Shown here: positions 18,455 through 28,011 of the stretch, in pieces
Position numbering within the stretch: position 1 is the first letter of the stretch
Layout: each line of letters starts with the position of its first letter
Assembly (NCBI GenBank): GCA_963709585.1
Contig: CAVPXI010000004.1
Location: 64,001 to 128,000, forward strand
DNA from: Candidatus Dormiibacterota bacterium
GTDB lineage: Bacteria; Chloroflexota; Dormibacteria; Aeolococcales; Aeolococcaceae
Direction of reading: 5' to 3'
Length of the DNA: 64,000 nt
Notes under the pieces: model-generated
Databases searched by the model: none
What the model saw: only the letters and a program-made list of their open reading frames with translations
Told to the model about the DNA's origin: nothing
Made by a program: the position numbers and the translations under genes

Positions 18455-19628
18455 TCAGGCTGAGAGTCGCTGCGCGGCGAGCTCGCCGAGCACGGTCATC
18501 GCCATCTCCAGCTTCCGACGCGGTGCGCTGAAACACAGCCGGAGGTGGGACGGCACGCCGAACGCGATCCCCGGCGTGAGCAGCACACGACGCGCGGTGA
18601 GCGCATCGATGAGTTGCAGCGTGTCCGGCCACGGGCTGCGCAGCCAGAGGTAGAGCCCGCCCTGGGGTTCGATCGCCTCGAGCCCGTCCGCGCGGATTCG
18701 ATCCATGACCATGTCGCGACGCTCGCGGTACGGGATGGCGTTGATCTCCCACGAGTTCGAGGTGGAGGAGCGCGCGCTGCGCGGTCGCCGGCGCGTTGAC
18801 GAATCCCAGCGCGCGCAGCGCCTGGGCAAGCCCGCGGTGGGTCTCGGCGTTGACGAGTGACGGGTGCAGCACGAGATAGCCGATGCGCTCCCCGGCGACG
18901 CCGAGGTCTTTCGAGAACGACCGCGCGAGCACGGTGTGCTCGTAGGCGCTGAACGGCTCGACGCGCTGGTGCGGCGGGTAGGTCAGCCGCCGGTACACCT
19001 CGTCGATGATCAGAAGCACCTTGCGGTCGTGCTTGTTGTTGTGCGTCTCGAGCACCGCCGCGAGCCCTGAGAGTTCGCCGCCGTCGAGCACATGGCCGCT
19101 CGGGTTGCACGGCGAGTTGACGATCACCGCCGCGGTGTGCGCGGAGAGCGCGCCGCTGATGCCGTCGAGGTCGAGGCGCAGGTCTGACCCTACCGGCACC
19201 GGGACGAATCGCGCCGACGCGGTTTCGCAGTAGAGGCGGAACTCCGGAAAGTACGGCGCGATCCCGATCACGTCGTCGCCGGGATCGACAAAGGTGCGAA
19301 TCGCGATGGCGATCGCCGCCGCCGCACCCGGTGTCATCGCTACCGATTCGCTGCTGATCCCCGGGAAGTCGACGTCCTCCGCGGCGCGTTCGCGAACGTC
19401 GGGGTAGCCGAGATTCGGCATGTAGCCGAACCGCCCGACGAATCGCTCGCGACTCGCGGCAGCGAACGCTTCCACCACCGCCTCCGGAGCTTCCAGAGGC
19501 TGGCCGATGGAGAGGTCGGCGACGCTTTCCTCGCCGAACTCGGTGCGCAGCCGCTCTCCCTCCATGAACATGCGCCGGATCCATCCGCCGTCCTGAAGCT
19601 GCGCGCGCGACCAGCGCGAAATGCTCAC
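18455..19628 (-). CDS. Class I/II PLP aminotransferase (frameshift near 18760)
   Basis: IVNSPCNPSG, IIDEVY, SFSKDLGVAGERIGY; C-terminus (PQGGLYLW...HLRLCFS) in a second frame. Confidence 0.88.
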
Positions 19629-19652
19629 GTCAACTCAAGGATGGCGATCGGC

Positions 19653-20837
19653 TCACGCGATGCTGGTGGTGCCGGTGACGCCGCCGGTGTGCCAGCTGAA
19701 GGGGTAGTCACGGTCGTAGATCTGGCGTGCGATCGCGGTGCGGTGCAACGGCCGGAAGGTGTCCACCATCACCGCGAGCTCGTCGGTCTCGCGCGGGCGG
19801 TCGAGCGATGCCTCGAGCGCCCCCGGTTGCGGGCCATGCGGGAGGCCGCCGACATGGTGGGTGAACGAACCCTGGCTGATACCGCGACGCGCCGCGTAAT
19901 TGCCCTCGACGTAGTACAGCACCTCGTCGGAGTCGAGGTTGCTGTGGTGATACGGGAGATGGATCGCCTCGGGGTCCCAGTCGAGCTTGCGAGGCACGAA
20001 CGAGCAGATCACAAGGTTGTGGGACTGGAACGTCTGATGGATCGGCGGCGGCACGTGAAAGCGGCCGGCACGGGGTTCGAAGTCGTGGATGTTGAAGGTC
20101 ACCGGGTAGATCGTCCCGTCCCATCCGATGACATCGAAGGGATGGTGGTCGAGCACGTAGCGGCTCACATGGTTGGAACGCTTGAGCCAGATCTCGGCAG
20201 GTCCTTCGCTGCTGGTCTCGAGCGAGTCCGGGCCGTGAAAATCGCGCTCACTGTAGGGGGCAAACTCGGTGAGCTGGCCGTTGCGCGCGCGATAGCGATC
20301 CGGCACGTCGACGAGCCCGGTCACCTCCATGCAGAGAATCCGCACGTCGGCGAGATCGTCGAAGTCGATGCGATAGATCGTGCCCCGCGGGATCACGATG
20401 TAGTCGTGCCGTTTGAATGCCAGGTGTCCGAACTGGCTGTGCAGCGCGCCGCTGCCGGCGTGCACGAAGAGCACCTCGTCGGCCGAGCCGTTGACGTAGA
20501 GCACCTGCTGGGCGCTCACCGGGGCGACCAGCCCGATGTGGACGTCGTCGTTGACGAGCAGCCAGCGCCTGCCGGTGATGACGTCGCCCTGCGACGGGAG
20601 GTCGAACCCCTTGAGGTGCGCGTTGGTGTGCACCTGCTCGTGCTCGGGAGTCATGAGGTCGGCGGGGCCTTCGCTGACGTCCTGCGCGCCCTCGGGCATG
20701 CCGCGGTGATACAGGAGCGAGGAGGGCCCGCTGAAGCCCTCACGCCCGAAGAGCTCCTCGTATGCCAGCCGGCCGTCATCCGCGAAACGCATGTGCCGCT
20801 TGCGGGGCACGTCGCCGAGTTGCTTGTACGGTCGCAC
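19653..20837 (-). CDS. hmgA: Homogentisate 1,2-dioxygenase
   Basis: YEELFGREGFSG, HPFDVIGWDG, PYHHSNLDSDEVLYY, HGPQPG, ELAVMVDTFRPL. Confidence 0.95.
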   Translation of the reverse strand: MRPYKQLGDVPRKRHMRFADDGRLAYEELFGREGFSGPSSLLYHRGMPEGAQDVSEGPADLMTPEHEQVHTNAHLKGFDLPSQGDVITGRRWLLVNDDVHIGLVAPVSAQQVLYVNGSADEVLFVHAGSGALHSQFGHLAFKRHDYIVIPRGTIYRIDFDDLADVRILCMEVTGLVDVPDRYRARNGQLTEFAPYSERDFHGPDSLETSSEGPAEIWLKRSNHVSRYVLDHHPFDVIGWDGTIYPVTFNIHDFEPRAGRFHVPPPIHQTFQSHNLVICSFVPRKLDWDPEAIHLPYHHSNLDSDEVLYYVEGNYAARRGISQGSFTHHVGGLPHGPQPGALEASLDRPRETDELAVMVDTFRPLHRTAIARQIYDRDYPFSWHTGGVTGTTSIA

Positions 20838-20860
20838 GCCCAGAGCCTACCGGTTCGGCC

Positions 20861-21328
20861 CTACGCCGGTGCGCCGATCACCTCGAAGATCGCCTCGAGC
20901 TCGACGGCGGCGCCGAGCGGCAGCTGCGCTACGCCGATGGCGCTCCGGGCATGGCGGCCGCGCTCGATGCCGAACACCGCGACCAGCAGATCGGACGCTC
21001 CGTTGACGACGGCCGACTGCTCGGTGAAGGCGGGCGCGCTGTGCACGAAGCCCGTGAGCTTGACCACCGCGACGTCGTCGAGCGTGCCGAGCGCCGCCCG
21101 CGCCGTTCCCAGGAGATCGATGGCCGCGCGGCGCGCCAGGTCGTACGCGGTGTCGGTGTCGACGTCGTCGCCGACTGTGCCGGTCACCACCGCGCCGTCG
21201 CGCTTGCCGAGGTGACCGGAGAGGTAGAGCAGGGTGCGCACGCGCCGCGCGGTGACGTAGTTGGCAACCGGCGCGGTGGTCTCCGGGATGACGATGCGGA
21301 GCTCGGCAAGGCGGTCGTCGATGCTCAC
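20861..21328 (-). CDS. RidA/YjgF family protein
   Basis: APVANYV, LYLSGH, NGASDLL, GRHARSAIGVAQLPLGAAVELE. Confidence 0.9.
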   Translation of the reverse strand: MSIDDRLAELRIVIPETTAPVANYVTARRVRTLLYLSGHLGKRDGAVVTGTVGDDVDTDTAYDLARRAAIDLLGTARAALGTLDDVAVVKLTGFVHSAPAFTEQSAVVNGASDLLVAVFGIERGRHARSAIGVAQLPLGAAVELEAIFEVIGAPA

Positions 21329-21330
21329 AG

Positions 21331-22212
21331 TCAGTAGTCCTGGAGGTAGTCGCAGTTGTCGGCGAAGCGCTCGGCGTCGAAGCCGAATCCGACGCGGACC
21401 GAGTCGACGCGCGTGATGTTGTGGCGCCCCAGCATCCGGAGCTCGTCCCGGGTCACCGGCGGGTGACGCAGGATCTTCTCCATGATGAACGCGGGGGGCA
21501 CCATCATCGGCACCGGGACGTGGACGATCTTGCGGTGCAATCCCAGCGCCGTCTTGATGGTGCGGACGATGTCCTCGTAGCTCATCTGGTCGGGGCCGCC
21601 GATCTCGTAGAGCCGCATCTCCGGACCGCGCTCGAGTGCGATGACGATGCAGCGGGTCACGTCTCCCACGGAGATCGGCTGGAAGAGGGTCCTGCCGTCT
21701 CCGGCGATCGGAATGACCGGGCTGAGCCGCATCATCCGGGTCAGGAGCGTGAAAAAGCCGTCGCCGGGCCCGAAGATGAGGCCGGGGCGCAGCGCCGTGT
21801 AGGGGACGCCACTGGCGCGGACGGCCTGCTCGCCGGCCCATTTGCTCAGCAGGTACGGGTGCTGCGGGTCGGGGTCCGCGCCGAGCGCCGACTGATGCAG
21901 CAGGTGGCCGACCTTGGCCTGTTTCGCAGCCTCGATGACCCGTTCGGTGCCCTCGCGATTCACTCGATCGAAGGTCTGACGGCCGTGCTCCTGGATCACG
22001 GCGACGAGGTGCACCACGGCGTCGCACCCGGCGAAGGCGTCCGCCAACTGGGGCGCGCTGGTCAGATCGGCCCGGACGAATGTTACCCGCTCGCCCTTTG
22101 GGCGGCGCTTGCTGCCGCGGGCCACGATGACCACCTCGTGCCCGGCGTCCTTGAGTGCACGAACGGTGTGGATGCCGACGAAGCCGGTGCCACCGGTCAC
22201 CGCAACGCGCAT
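21331..22212 (-). CDS. NAD(P)-binding atypical SDR (NDUFA9-like)
   Basis: VTGGTGFVG, SALGAD, YLLSKWAGE, RPGLIFGPGD. Confidence 0.88.
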   Translation of the reverse strand: MRVAVTGGTGFVGIHTVRALKDAGHEVVIVARGSKRRPKGERVTFVRADLTSAPQLADAFAGCDAVVHLVAVIQEHGRQTFDRVNREGTERVIEAAKQAKVGHLLHQSALGADPDPQHPYLLSKWAGEQAVRASGVPYTALRPGLIFGPGDGFFTLLTRMMRLSPVIPIAGDGRTLFQPISVGDVTRCIVIALERGPEMRLYEIGGPDQMSYEDIVRTIKTALGLHRKIVHVPVPMMVPPAFIMEKILRHPPVTRDELRMLGRHNITRVDSVRVGFGFDAERFADNCDYLQDY

Positions 22213-22284
22213 GCAGTTCCTCCTCGCCCGGGTGGGACGTTCGCCCGCGAGTTTACGGGCAGCGCCGGCGCCCGTGCCCCGGGG

Positions 22285-23838
22285 TCACGACCCGCCGGCG
22301 AGCGCCTCGATCACCGCCGGCGACCCCTGCAGCGCTGTCCGCTGCATGAAGTGCTTGACGGCGCGCATGCCGCCGAGCTCCTCGCCACCGCCGGCGCGGC
22401 CGGGACCGCCGTGCACCAGCTGCGGCATCGGCGTGCCATGCCCGGTCAACTCGCCCGCGCAGTCGCGGTCGACCACGAGCAGACGGCCGTGATGGGGTGC
22501 CAAGCCGGTCACGACCTCGCGGACGAAGTCGGGATCGTACGAGACGATCGACCCGACGAGGCTGCCACCGCCGCGCGCCGCCAGGGCACCGAGATCGGTC
22601 GACGCGGCGTACGGGATGAGCGTGGTCACCGGGCCGAATGCCTCGATCTCGTGCGGTTCGGGGCGGTCGCCGGTGGCCAGCAGCAGCAACGGCGCCATGA
22701 ACGCACCGCGATCCGGGTCTGCATCCACGGGATTGACCGATATGGGGTCGCCGTACACGATCTCGGCCGCGCGCTCCAGTGCGGCGACCGCGTCGCGGAC
22801 CTCGTCGCGCTGGTGCAGGCTGACCAGCGCACCCATGGTCACCGTGTCGTTGCGCGGATTGCCAACGACAACCTTGTCGAGCCTCGCGCGGATACCGGCG
22901 ATCACGTCGTCAACCATCGACTCGGGAACCAGCGCTCGACGGATGCAGGTGCACCGCTGTCCCGCCTTGGTGGTGATCTCTCGCGAGATCTCCTTGATGT
23001 ACAGGTCGAATTCGGGCGTGCCCGCTGCTGCGTCCGGTCCCAGGATCGAGCAGTTGAGCGAGTCCGTCTCGGCGTTGAATCGCGCAGAGCGCGCGGTCAC
23101 GGCGTCACTGCCGCGCAACACCGCTGCGGTGGTCGCGCTTCCGGTGAAGGCGATCACATCCTCACCGCCAAAGTGATCGAGCACATCGCCCGCGTCGCCG
23201 CAGAGGAACTGCACAGCTCCTTCCGGGAGAGCGCCCGACGCGATGATGTCGCGCATCACCGCGGCGGTGAGGTACGCCGTCTGGGTCGCGGGTTTGACGA
23301 TGGACGGCACGCCGGCGAGGACTGCGGGCGCCAGCTTTTCGAGCATGCCCCACATCGGGAAGTTGAAGGCGTTGACCTGGAGCGCGACGCCGGGCAGTGA
23401 CGTGTAGACGTGGCGTCCGACGAACGTGCCGCTCTTGCCGATCGGTTCGACGTCGCCGTCGACAAGGAGATATCCGTCCGGCAACTCGCGTCTCGCCCGG
23501 CTGCTGAAGGCAAAGACGGTGCCGATCCCGCCGTCGATGTCACCGGCGCCATCACGCCGTGTCGCGCCGGTCGCCAGCGACAGCTCGTGGTAGGCAGCCT
23601 TGTTCGCATCGAGGAAGGTGGCCAGCGTCTTGAGTGCTGCGGCGCGCTCGTGGAATGTGAGGCTTCGGAGCGCCGGTCCGCCCGCCCGGCGGGCGTGATC
23701 GACCATTGCCCGGGTGTCGAGGCCCGTGCTTGAGACTCGAGCGACCGTCTCACCGGTGGCCGCGTCGGCGACCGCGGTCCCTTCGTCAGGGGCGGTGTAC
23801 CAGGCGCCGGCGGCGTAGCTGGCGAGCATCTCATGCAT
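22285..23838 (-). CDS. PaaZ/BoxD-type CoA-semialdehyde dehydrogenase (ALDH domain only)
   Basis: NAFNFPMWGMLEKLAP, FTGSA, ETDSLN, KAGQRCT, HGGPGRAGGGEELGG; no C-terminal MaoC domain. Confidence 0.85.
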   Translation of the reverse strand: MHEMLASYAAGAWYTAPDEGTAVADAATGETVARVSSTGLDTRAMVDHARRAGGPALRSLTFHERAAALKTLATFLDANKAAYHELSLATGATRRDGAGDIDGGIGTVFAFSSRARRELPDGYLLVDGDVEPIGKSGTFVGRHVYTSLPGVALQVNAFNFPMWGMLEKLAPAVLAGVPSIVKPATQTAYLTAAVMRDIIASGALPEGAVQFLCGDAGDVLDHFGGEDVIAFTGSATTAAVLRGSDAVTARSARFNAETDSLNCSILGPDAAAGTPEFDLYIKEISREITTKAGQRCTCIRRALVPESMVDDVIAGIRARLDKVVVGNPRNDTVTMGALVSLHQRDEVRDAVAALERAAEIVYGDPISVNPVDADPDRGAFMAPLLLLATGDRPEPHEIEAFGPVTTLIPYAASTDLGALAARGGGSLVGSIVSYDPDFVREVVTGLAPHHGRLLVVDRDCAGELTGHGTPMPQLVHGGPGRAGGGEELGGMRAVKHFMQRTALQGSPAVIEALAGGS

Positions 23839-23897
23839 GCAAACACTCCTGTGACGGGTAACTGCCTCCAGCCTAGCGGGCGGCTGCTGGGCGGGGC

Positions 23898-25466
23898 TCA
23901 GGAGCGCGGAATGCTCTGTACGAACTCGAGTACGCCGGTGGGGTCGTACCGGGCCTGTACGGACATGAGCCGCGGAAGGTTGACGCCGTAATACGCCTGC
24001 TGCCAGGTAGCGAGGCTCGGGTCGATGTAGTTCTGGTAGGCGGCACCGCTCGCGTAGGGTCGCATCGCAGTGTAGAGCGCGTTCACGCCGGCGACGTTGC
24101 TCGCCACCACCGCGGCGCTCGCGCCGATCGGCCACGTTGCGTTGTACTGCGTGCTGAAGATCCCGTTGCGGTGGACGAACGCGGTTGCGTCCGGCGCAAC
24201 GCGGTTGATGGCGCCACCCAGCGCATCGAGTGCGACACCCGCTCGCGTCGTGGCCATCGGGTTTGCCTGCCGCAACTCGACGCCGGCCAGGATGATGTTG
24301 ACGGCCGCGGTGCTCAGCGGCTCCACGGCGATATCGGAGTGCGCGAGTGACGGCTCCCGCGCGACCGTTCCCTGTGGAGTCTGTGTGGGGAGGTGACACG
24401 CGGCGACACTCTCGCCGGAGCAGCCGGCTTCGGTGAGCATCGCGTCGATGTAGCCGTACGTGCCCACCGAAGAGGTCGATCCGCCGACTGCTCCACGAAG
24501 CGTGTTGAGCCATGGTGTCAGCGCCGCCGAACTGCCGATATATGCGCCATCAACCGTAATCGATGGGGACGGTCCCGACTTCGTGTTGAGCACGTGGCAG
24601 ATCGACCAGAGCTCATCGGGGATCGTCGTGATCCAGTGCTGCCACGCGGCGATCACCTCTCCGGCGGCTGCCCACGGCCACGCGAGCGTGAAGAGGGTCA
24701 CGGTCGAAATCGGGTGCGTGGAGAGGGTGAGCGACGTGACGATGCCGAAGTTGCCGCCGCCACCGCCACGACATGCCCAGAAGAGGTCGGCGTTGGTGCT
24801 CGCATTGCAGGTGAGCGCATCGCCGGCTGCGGTCACAATCTCGAGCTGTGTGATGTTGTCGCAAGTGAGCCCGAACTTCCGTCCCACGACACCAAGGCCG
24901 CCTCCGAGTGCGAGGCCCGCAATACCGACTGTCGGGCACGATCCCGCGGGGATCCCAACGCCGTGCGGTTCAAGCGCGGAGTACACGTCGATGAGGTGCG
25001 TCCCCGCACCGATGAGCGCGGTGCTGTCGGGTTGCAAAGTCACGCCCGCGATGCGCGTCACGTCGCACACCACACCGGTTGTTGTCGAGTAACCGGCGTA
25101 GCTGTGCCCGCCTGAGCGAGCAGCAATCGGAATTGCGTGTCTCTGCGCAAACGCGAGCGTGCGCTGGACGTCGCTCACCGACGCGCAATACACGATGCCG
25201 GCCGGCAGGATCGAGTCGAAACGTGGATTGAAGAGATGGGCATCGGCCGCGTACGACAAGCTACTCGGGAGCACGACGGTGCCGCTGACCTGACCGGCCA
25301 GCGCCGACCAGTCGGCGACGGTCGGCGGACCCACCGGCGTGGGTGATATGGATGGTGTCGGCCGTGGAGTCAGCTGTTTGACGACCGTCGCGCAGCCCGG
25401 AATCGTCAGGGCCGCGACGGCGAGGCTCGCCTGCCCCGACCGCTTGAGAAACTCCCGCCGATTCAC
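23898..25466 (-). CDS. Tat-exported FAD-linked oxidase (berberine bridge enzyme family)
   Basis: NRREFLK Tat motif, RSGGHSY, GSCPTVG, YQNY.D, AYYG.N..RL..V...YDP. Confidence 0.92.
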   Translation of the reverse strand: MNRREFLKRSGQASLAVAALTIPGCATVVKQLTPRPTPSISPTPVGPPTVADWSALAGQVSGTVVLPSSLSYAADAHLFNPRFDSILPAGIVYCASVSDVQRTLAFAQRHAIPIAARSGGHSYAGYSTTTGVVCDVTRIAGVTLQPDSTALIGAGTHLIDVYSALEPHGVGIPAGSCPTVGIAGLALGGGLGVVGRKFGLTCDNITQLEIVTAAGDALTCNASTNADLFWACRGGGGGNFGIVTSLTLSTHPISTVTLFTLAWPWAAAGEVIAAWQHWITTIPDELWSICHVLNTKSGPSPSITVDGAYIGSSAALTPWLNTLRGAVGGSTSSVGTYGYIDAMLTEAGCSGESVAACHLPTQTPQGTVAREPSLAHSDIAVEPLSTAAVNIILAGVELRQANPMATTRAGVALDALGGAINRVAPDATAFVHRNGIFSTQYNATWPIGASAAVVASNVAGVNALYTAMRPYASGAAYQNYIDPSLATWQQAYYGVNLPRLMSVQARYDPTGVLEFVQSIPRS

Positions 25467-25503
25467 GCGCTCATGGTTCCACGGTCTTTCGCCGCTTGCG
25501 AAT

Positions 25504-25517
25504 CGAACATCTGTTCG
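25504..25517. promoter_or_regulatory. Gram-positive-type LexA (SOS) box
   Basis: CGAAC-ATCT-GTTCG with perfect arms, 72 bp upstream of imuA. Confidence 0.88.
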
Positions 25518-25589
25518 CTACACTGACGTCCCGCCTCAGCGCTCCTGCTTTCCGTCCCAGTAGGCGGCGGCCTTTTCCAGTGAGGAGCG

Positions 25590-26390
25590 ATGTCCGATTC
25601 CCTGTCCGCCGCTCTGGCGACACTTCGATCCCGCTACGGTCCCCAGGCACTTCGCCGTGGCGGAACGCCGGAGGAGCCAGGCGTGTGGTCCACCGCGGTG
25701 CCGGTCCTCGACGGCGTGCTCACCCCTGGCGGGCTTCCGCACGGCCGGGTCACCCTGCTCGCCGCAGCCGGACGCGGACCCTCGGGCCGGCTGACGCTGC
25801 TGCAGTCGCTGGTCGCGCTGGCCAGTCGCTCGCATGACACCGGCTATGTGGATCTTGCGGGCACGCTCGACCCCGGGTTCCTCGCTGACCTCGGTGCGGA
25901 TCTTGACGCCTGCCTGGTGATCTCCCCCGGCCCCGCGAGGTGGGAGCGAGGTTTGGTCATGGCGCGCGCCCTGGTTGCCGCGGGCATGCCGTGGGTGGGA
26001 GTGGCGCTTGGCGGTGAGCAGCCCCGGCCGTCGCTGTGGGAGCACGCTCTCGCGGCGCTTGCCGAAGCGGTTGCCAAGCGCGCCGCGGTCTGCGTCGTCG
26101 CCGCTCCGGCTCCGGTCGCAACTCCCCTTCGCCACGCCTCGTCGCTCACGCTCGTCTGCACGGCCGCGGGCTGGCAGCGCGCCAATGGCGATGTGGCAGG
26201 GCTGCGGGTGCGGCTCACCATCGGCAAGAGCAAGCTCGGTGCGCCCGGCGCCGAGGCCACCCTGCTGCTCCGCTATCCCCGCCCGTACGCCACCGCCGAG
26301 GTGGTCGGGCTGCCCAGTGTCGTCGTGCCGCGGTTGCAGCCGGTCGCCCTGCCGCTCCCGGATGTGGCCGGCGTGGCGGCTCGAGGTTGA
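25590..26390 (+). CDS. imuA: ImuA/RecA-like mutagenesis protein
   Basis: STAVPVLDGVLTPGGLPHGRVT with degenerate P-loop, YVDLAGTLDP; GAGGAG SD; cassette context. Confidence 0.8.
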   Translation: MSDSLSAALATLRSRYGPQALRRGGTPEEPGVWSTAVPVLDGVLTPGGLPHGRVTLLAAAGRGPSGRLTLLQSLVALASRSHDTGYVDLAGTLDPGFLADLGADLDACLVISPGPARWERGLVMARALVAAGMPWVGVALGGEQPRPSLWEHALAALAEAVAKRAAVCVVAAPAPVATPLRHASSLTLVCTAAGWQRANGDVAGLRVRLTIGKSKLGAPGAEATLLLRYPRPYATAEVVGLPSVVVPRLQPVALPLPDVAGVAARG

Positions 26391-26391
26391 G

Positions 26392-27600
26392 GTGCGCGTT
26401 CTCTGCGCTCGCCATTCGCACCTCGGGCTGCTGGCCGCCCTTCGCCGCTATCCGGAGCTGCGGGGTGAGCCGGTGATCCTCGGCGGTGCCCCGGAGCTGC
26501 GCCTCCCGGTGGTCGCCGCATCGGCGGCGGCGCTGGCCGCCGGGGTGCGGGTGGGGCAACCGCTCCGCCAGGCGCAGCAATCCTGCCCGGCCGCGGTGTT
26601 CGTCCCCCTCGATCCCGCCGGGGTCGCACGCTTGCGCGCCGCCGTATGCGCCGAGCTCCACCGGCTCTCCCCAACGGTCGAAGCCGGTGATGAGGAGTCG
26701 TTCGGCGATCTCTCCGGCCGTCACGCCGAGTTTCCCGACGAAGCCATCTGGGCGTCCGCCCTGGCTCGCGGCTTGCGCGGCGTGCTCGACGTGGAGATCG
26801 CCGTGGGCGTGGCGGGATCGCGATTCGTCGCCCGCCTGGCGGCGCGGGCGAGCCATCCCGGCCGGATCCGCCGGGTTCGCTCCGGCGACGAAGCTGTCTT
26901 CCTGGCACCGCTGCCGCTCGACGTGCTGCCCGTCGATCCTGCGATCACCGCCCGGCTCGCGGCCTTCGGGCTCGACTGTCTCGGCGCGGTGGCCGGCCTG
27001 GGGCCGGCCGACCTGCAGCGCCAGTTCGGCCCCGATGGGCTGCGGCTGTACCGGCTGGCGCGTGGCGAGGACAGTGGGGGAATCCACCCGGTGCCGGCGC
27101 AGCGGGCATGGAGCGAACGGCTTGTGCTCGACGGCGCCACCGGGAATCTCGAGATCCTGCTGCGAGGTGTCCGCCAGTGCGCCACGGCGCTCGGCGGCCG
27201 GCTCACCGCCGAGGCCCTGGCAGCCGGCGAGGTGAGCGTGGTCTTCGAGATCGAGGAGGCCGAGGCGATCTCGGTCTCAGCGGTGCCCGCGGCGCCATCG
27301 GGCAACGTGGGTGAGCTCTGGACGGCGGCGCTCGGCCTCCTCGGTGACCTCAAGCCCCAGGCGCCGGTCGCCGCGGTTCGGGTTGGGGTGACCCGGCTGA
27401 CCCCGGCCGCCGGGCGGCAGGCCGATCTGCTCCGCCCCGGCGACGGCGCCCGGGACGCGGTGGTCGCCACGACGGATCGTCTCCGGAGCCGGTTCGGTGC
27501 CGCCACGGTGCGCCGGCCCAGGCTCGCACTCGACCCTGGCGACCTTCCGGAGCGACGGTTCACGTGGGAGGCGCCGATCGTGGCGGGGGCGGCACGATGA
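26392..27600 (+). CDS. imuB: ImuB (inactive Y-family polymerase)
   Basis: AAGVRVGQPLRQAQQSCP, FLAPLPLDVL, QADLL clamp motif, DRLRSRFG. Confidence 0.85.
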   Translation: MRVLCARHSHLGLLAALRRYPELRGEPVILGGAPELRLPVVAASAAALAAGVRVGQPLRQAQQSCPAAVFVPLDPAGVARLRAAVCAELHRLSPTVEAGDEESFGDLSGRHAEFPDEAIWASALARGLRGVLDVEIAVGVAGSRFVARLAARASHPGRIRRVRSGDEAVFLAPLPLDVLPVDPAITARLAAFGLDCLGAVAGLGPADLQRQFGPDGLRLYRLARGEDSGGIHPVPAQRAWSERLVLDGATGNLEILLRGVRQCATALGGRLTAEALAAGEVSVVFEIEEAEAISVSAVPAAPSGNVGELWTAALGLLGDLKPQAPVAAVRVGVTRLTPAAGRQADLLRPGDGARDAVVATTDRLRSRFGAATVRRPRLALDPGDLPERRFTWEAPIVAGAAR

Positions 27601-27845
27601 CCGAGTTGCTCGAGGGCATCGTCGAAGTGCGCACCGGCGCCGACGGACGGCCGGTCGCGATCCGCGACGGATCGAAGTGGGTCCCGGTTGCCGAGGTGGT
27701 GAACACCTGGCGGGTGGAAACCGACTGGTGGCGGATCCCGGTGGGCCGCGACTACGTGCGATGTCTCCTCGACGACGGGGATTGCGTCGACCTCTACCGG
27801 GACCTCGAGACCGGTGCATGGCATCGGGAGCGCCGCTATGACTGA
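27597..27845 (+). CDS. Small Trp-rich protein of mutagenesis cassettes (DUF6504-like)
   Basis: ATGA overlap with imuB; VVNTWRVETDWW...DLYRD...W...RYD. Confidence 0.75.
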   Translation: MTELLEGIVEVRTGADGRPVAIRDGSKWVPVAEVVNTWRVETDWWRIPVGRDYVRCLLDDGDCVDLYRDLETGAWHRERRYD

Positions 27846-27849
27846 ACCG

Positions 27850-27965
27850 TTCGCAGCCTCTCCCTGGTGGCCGCCGGTTGAGGGGAACCGGCGGCCGGGA
27901 AAGGGGAGAGGGCCTGGGGTTGGCACCCGCTGGTGCCGTCGTCGTCGTCGGCCTGACCCGACCGA
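27850..27965 (-). ncRNA. Candidate structured antisense RNA within the imu cassette
   Basis: 11-bp perfect stem GGCCGCCGGTT/AACCGGCGGCC plus 8-bp outer stem; minus-strand TTGACA at 27989-27994 upstream. Confidence 0.35.
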
Positions 27966-28011
27966 TAGTTACACAAAATTGTAGTAGTTGTCAAGCCGCC
28001 ACACCGTGCCG

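Noticed and set aside
21421-23400. Long alternative-frame ORFs (also 3212..4192, 28433..29761, 41191..42690, 57600..58964)
   Set aside because: Antisense shadows of real genes, typical of high-GC DNA, with no recognisable motifs
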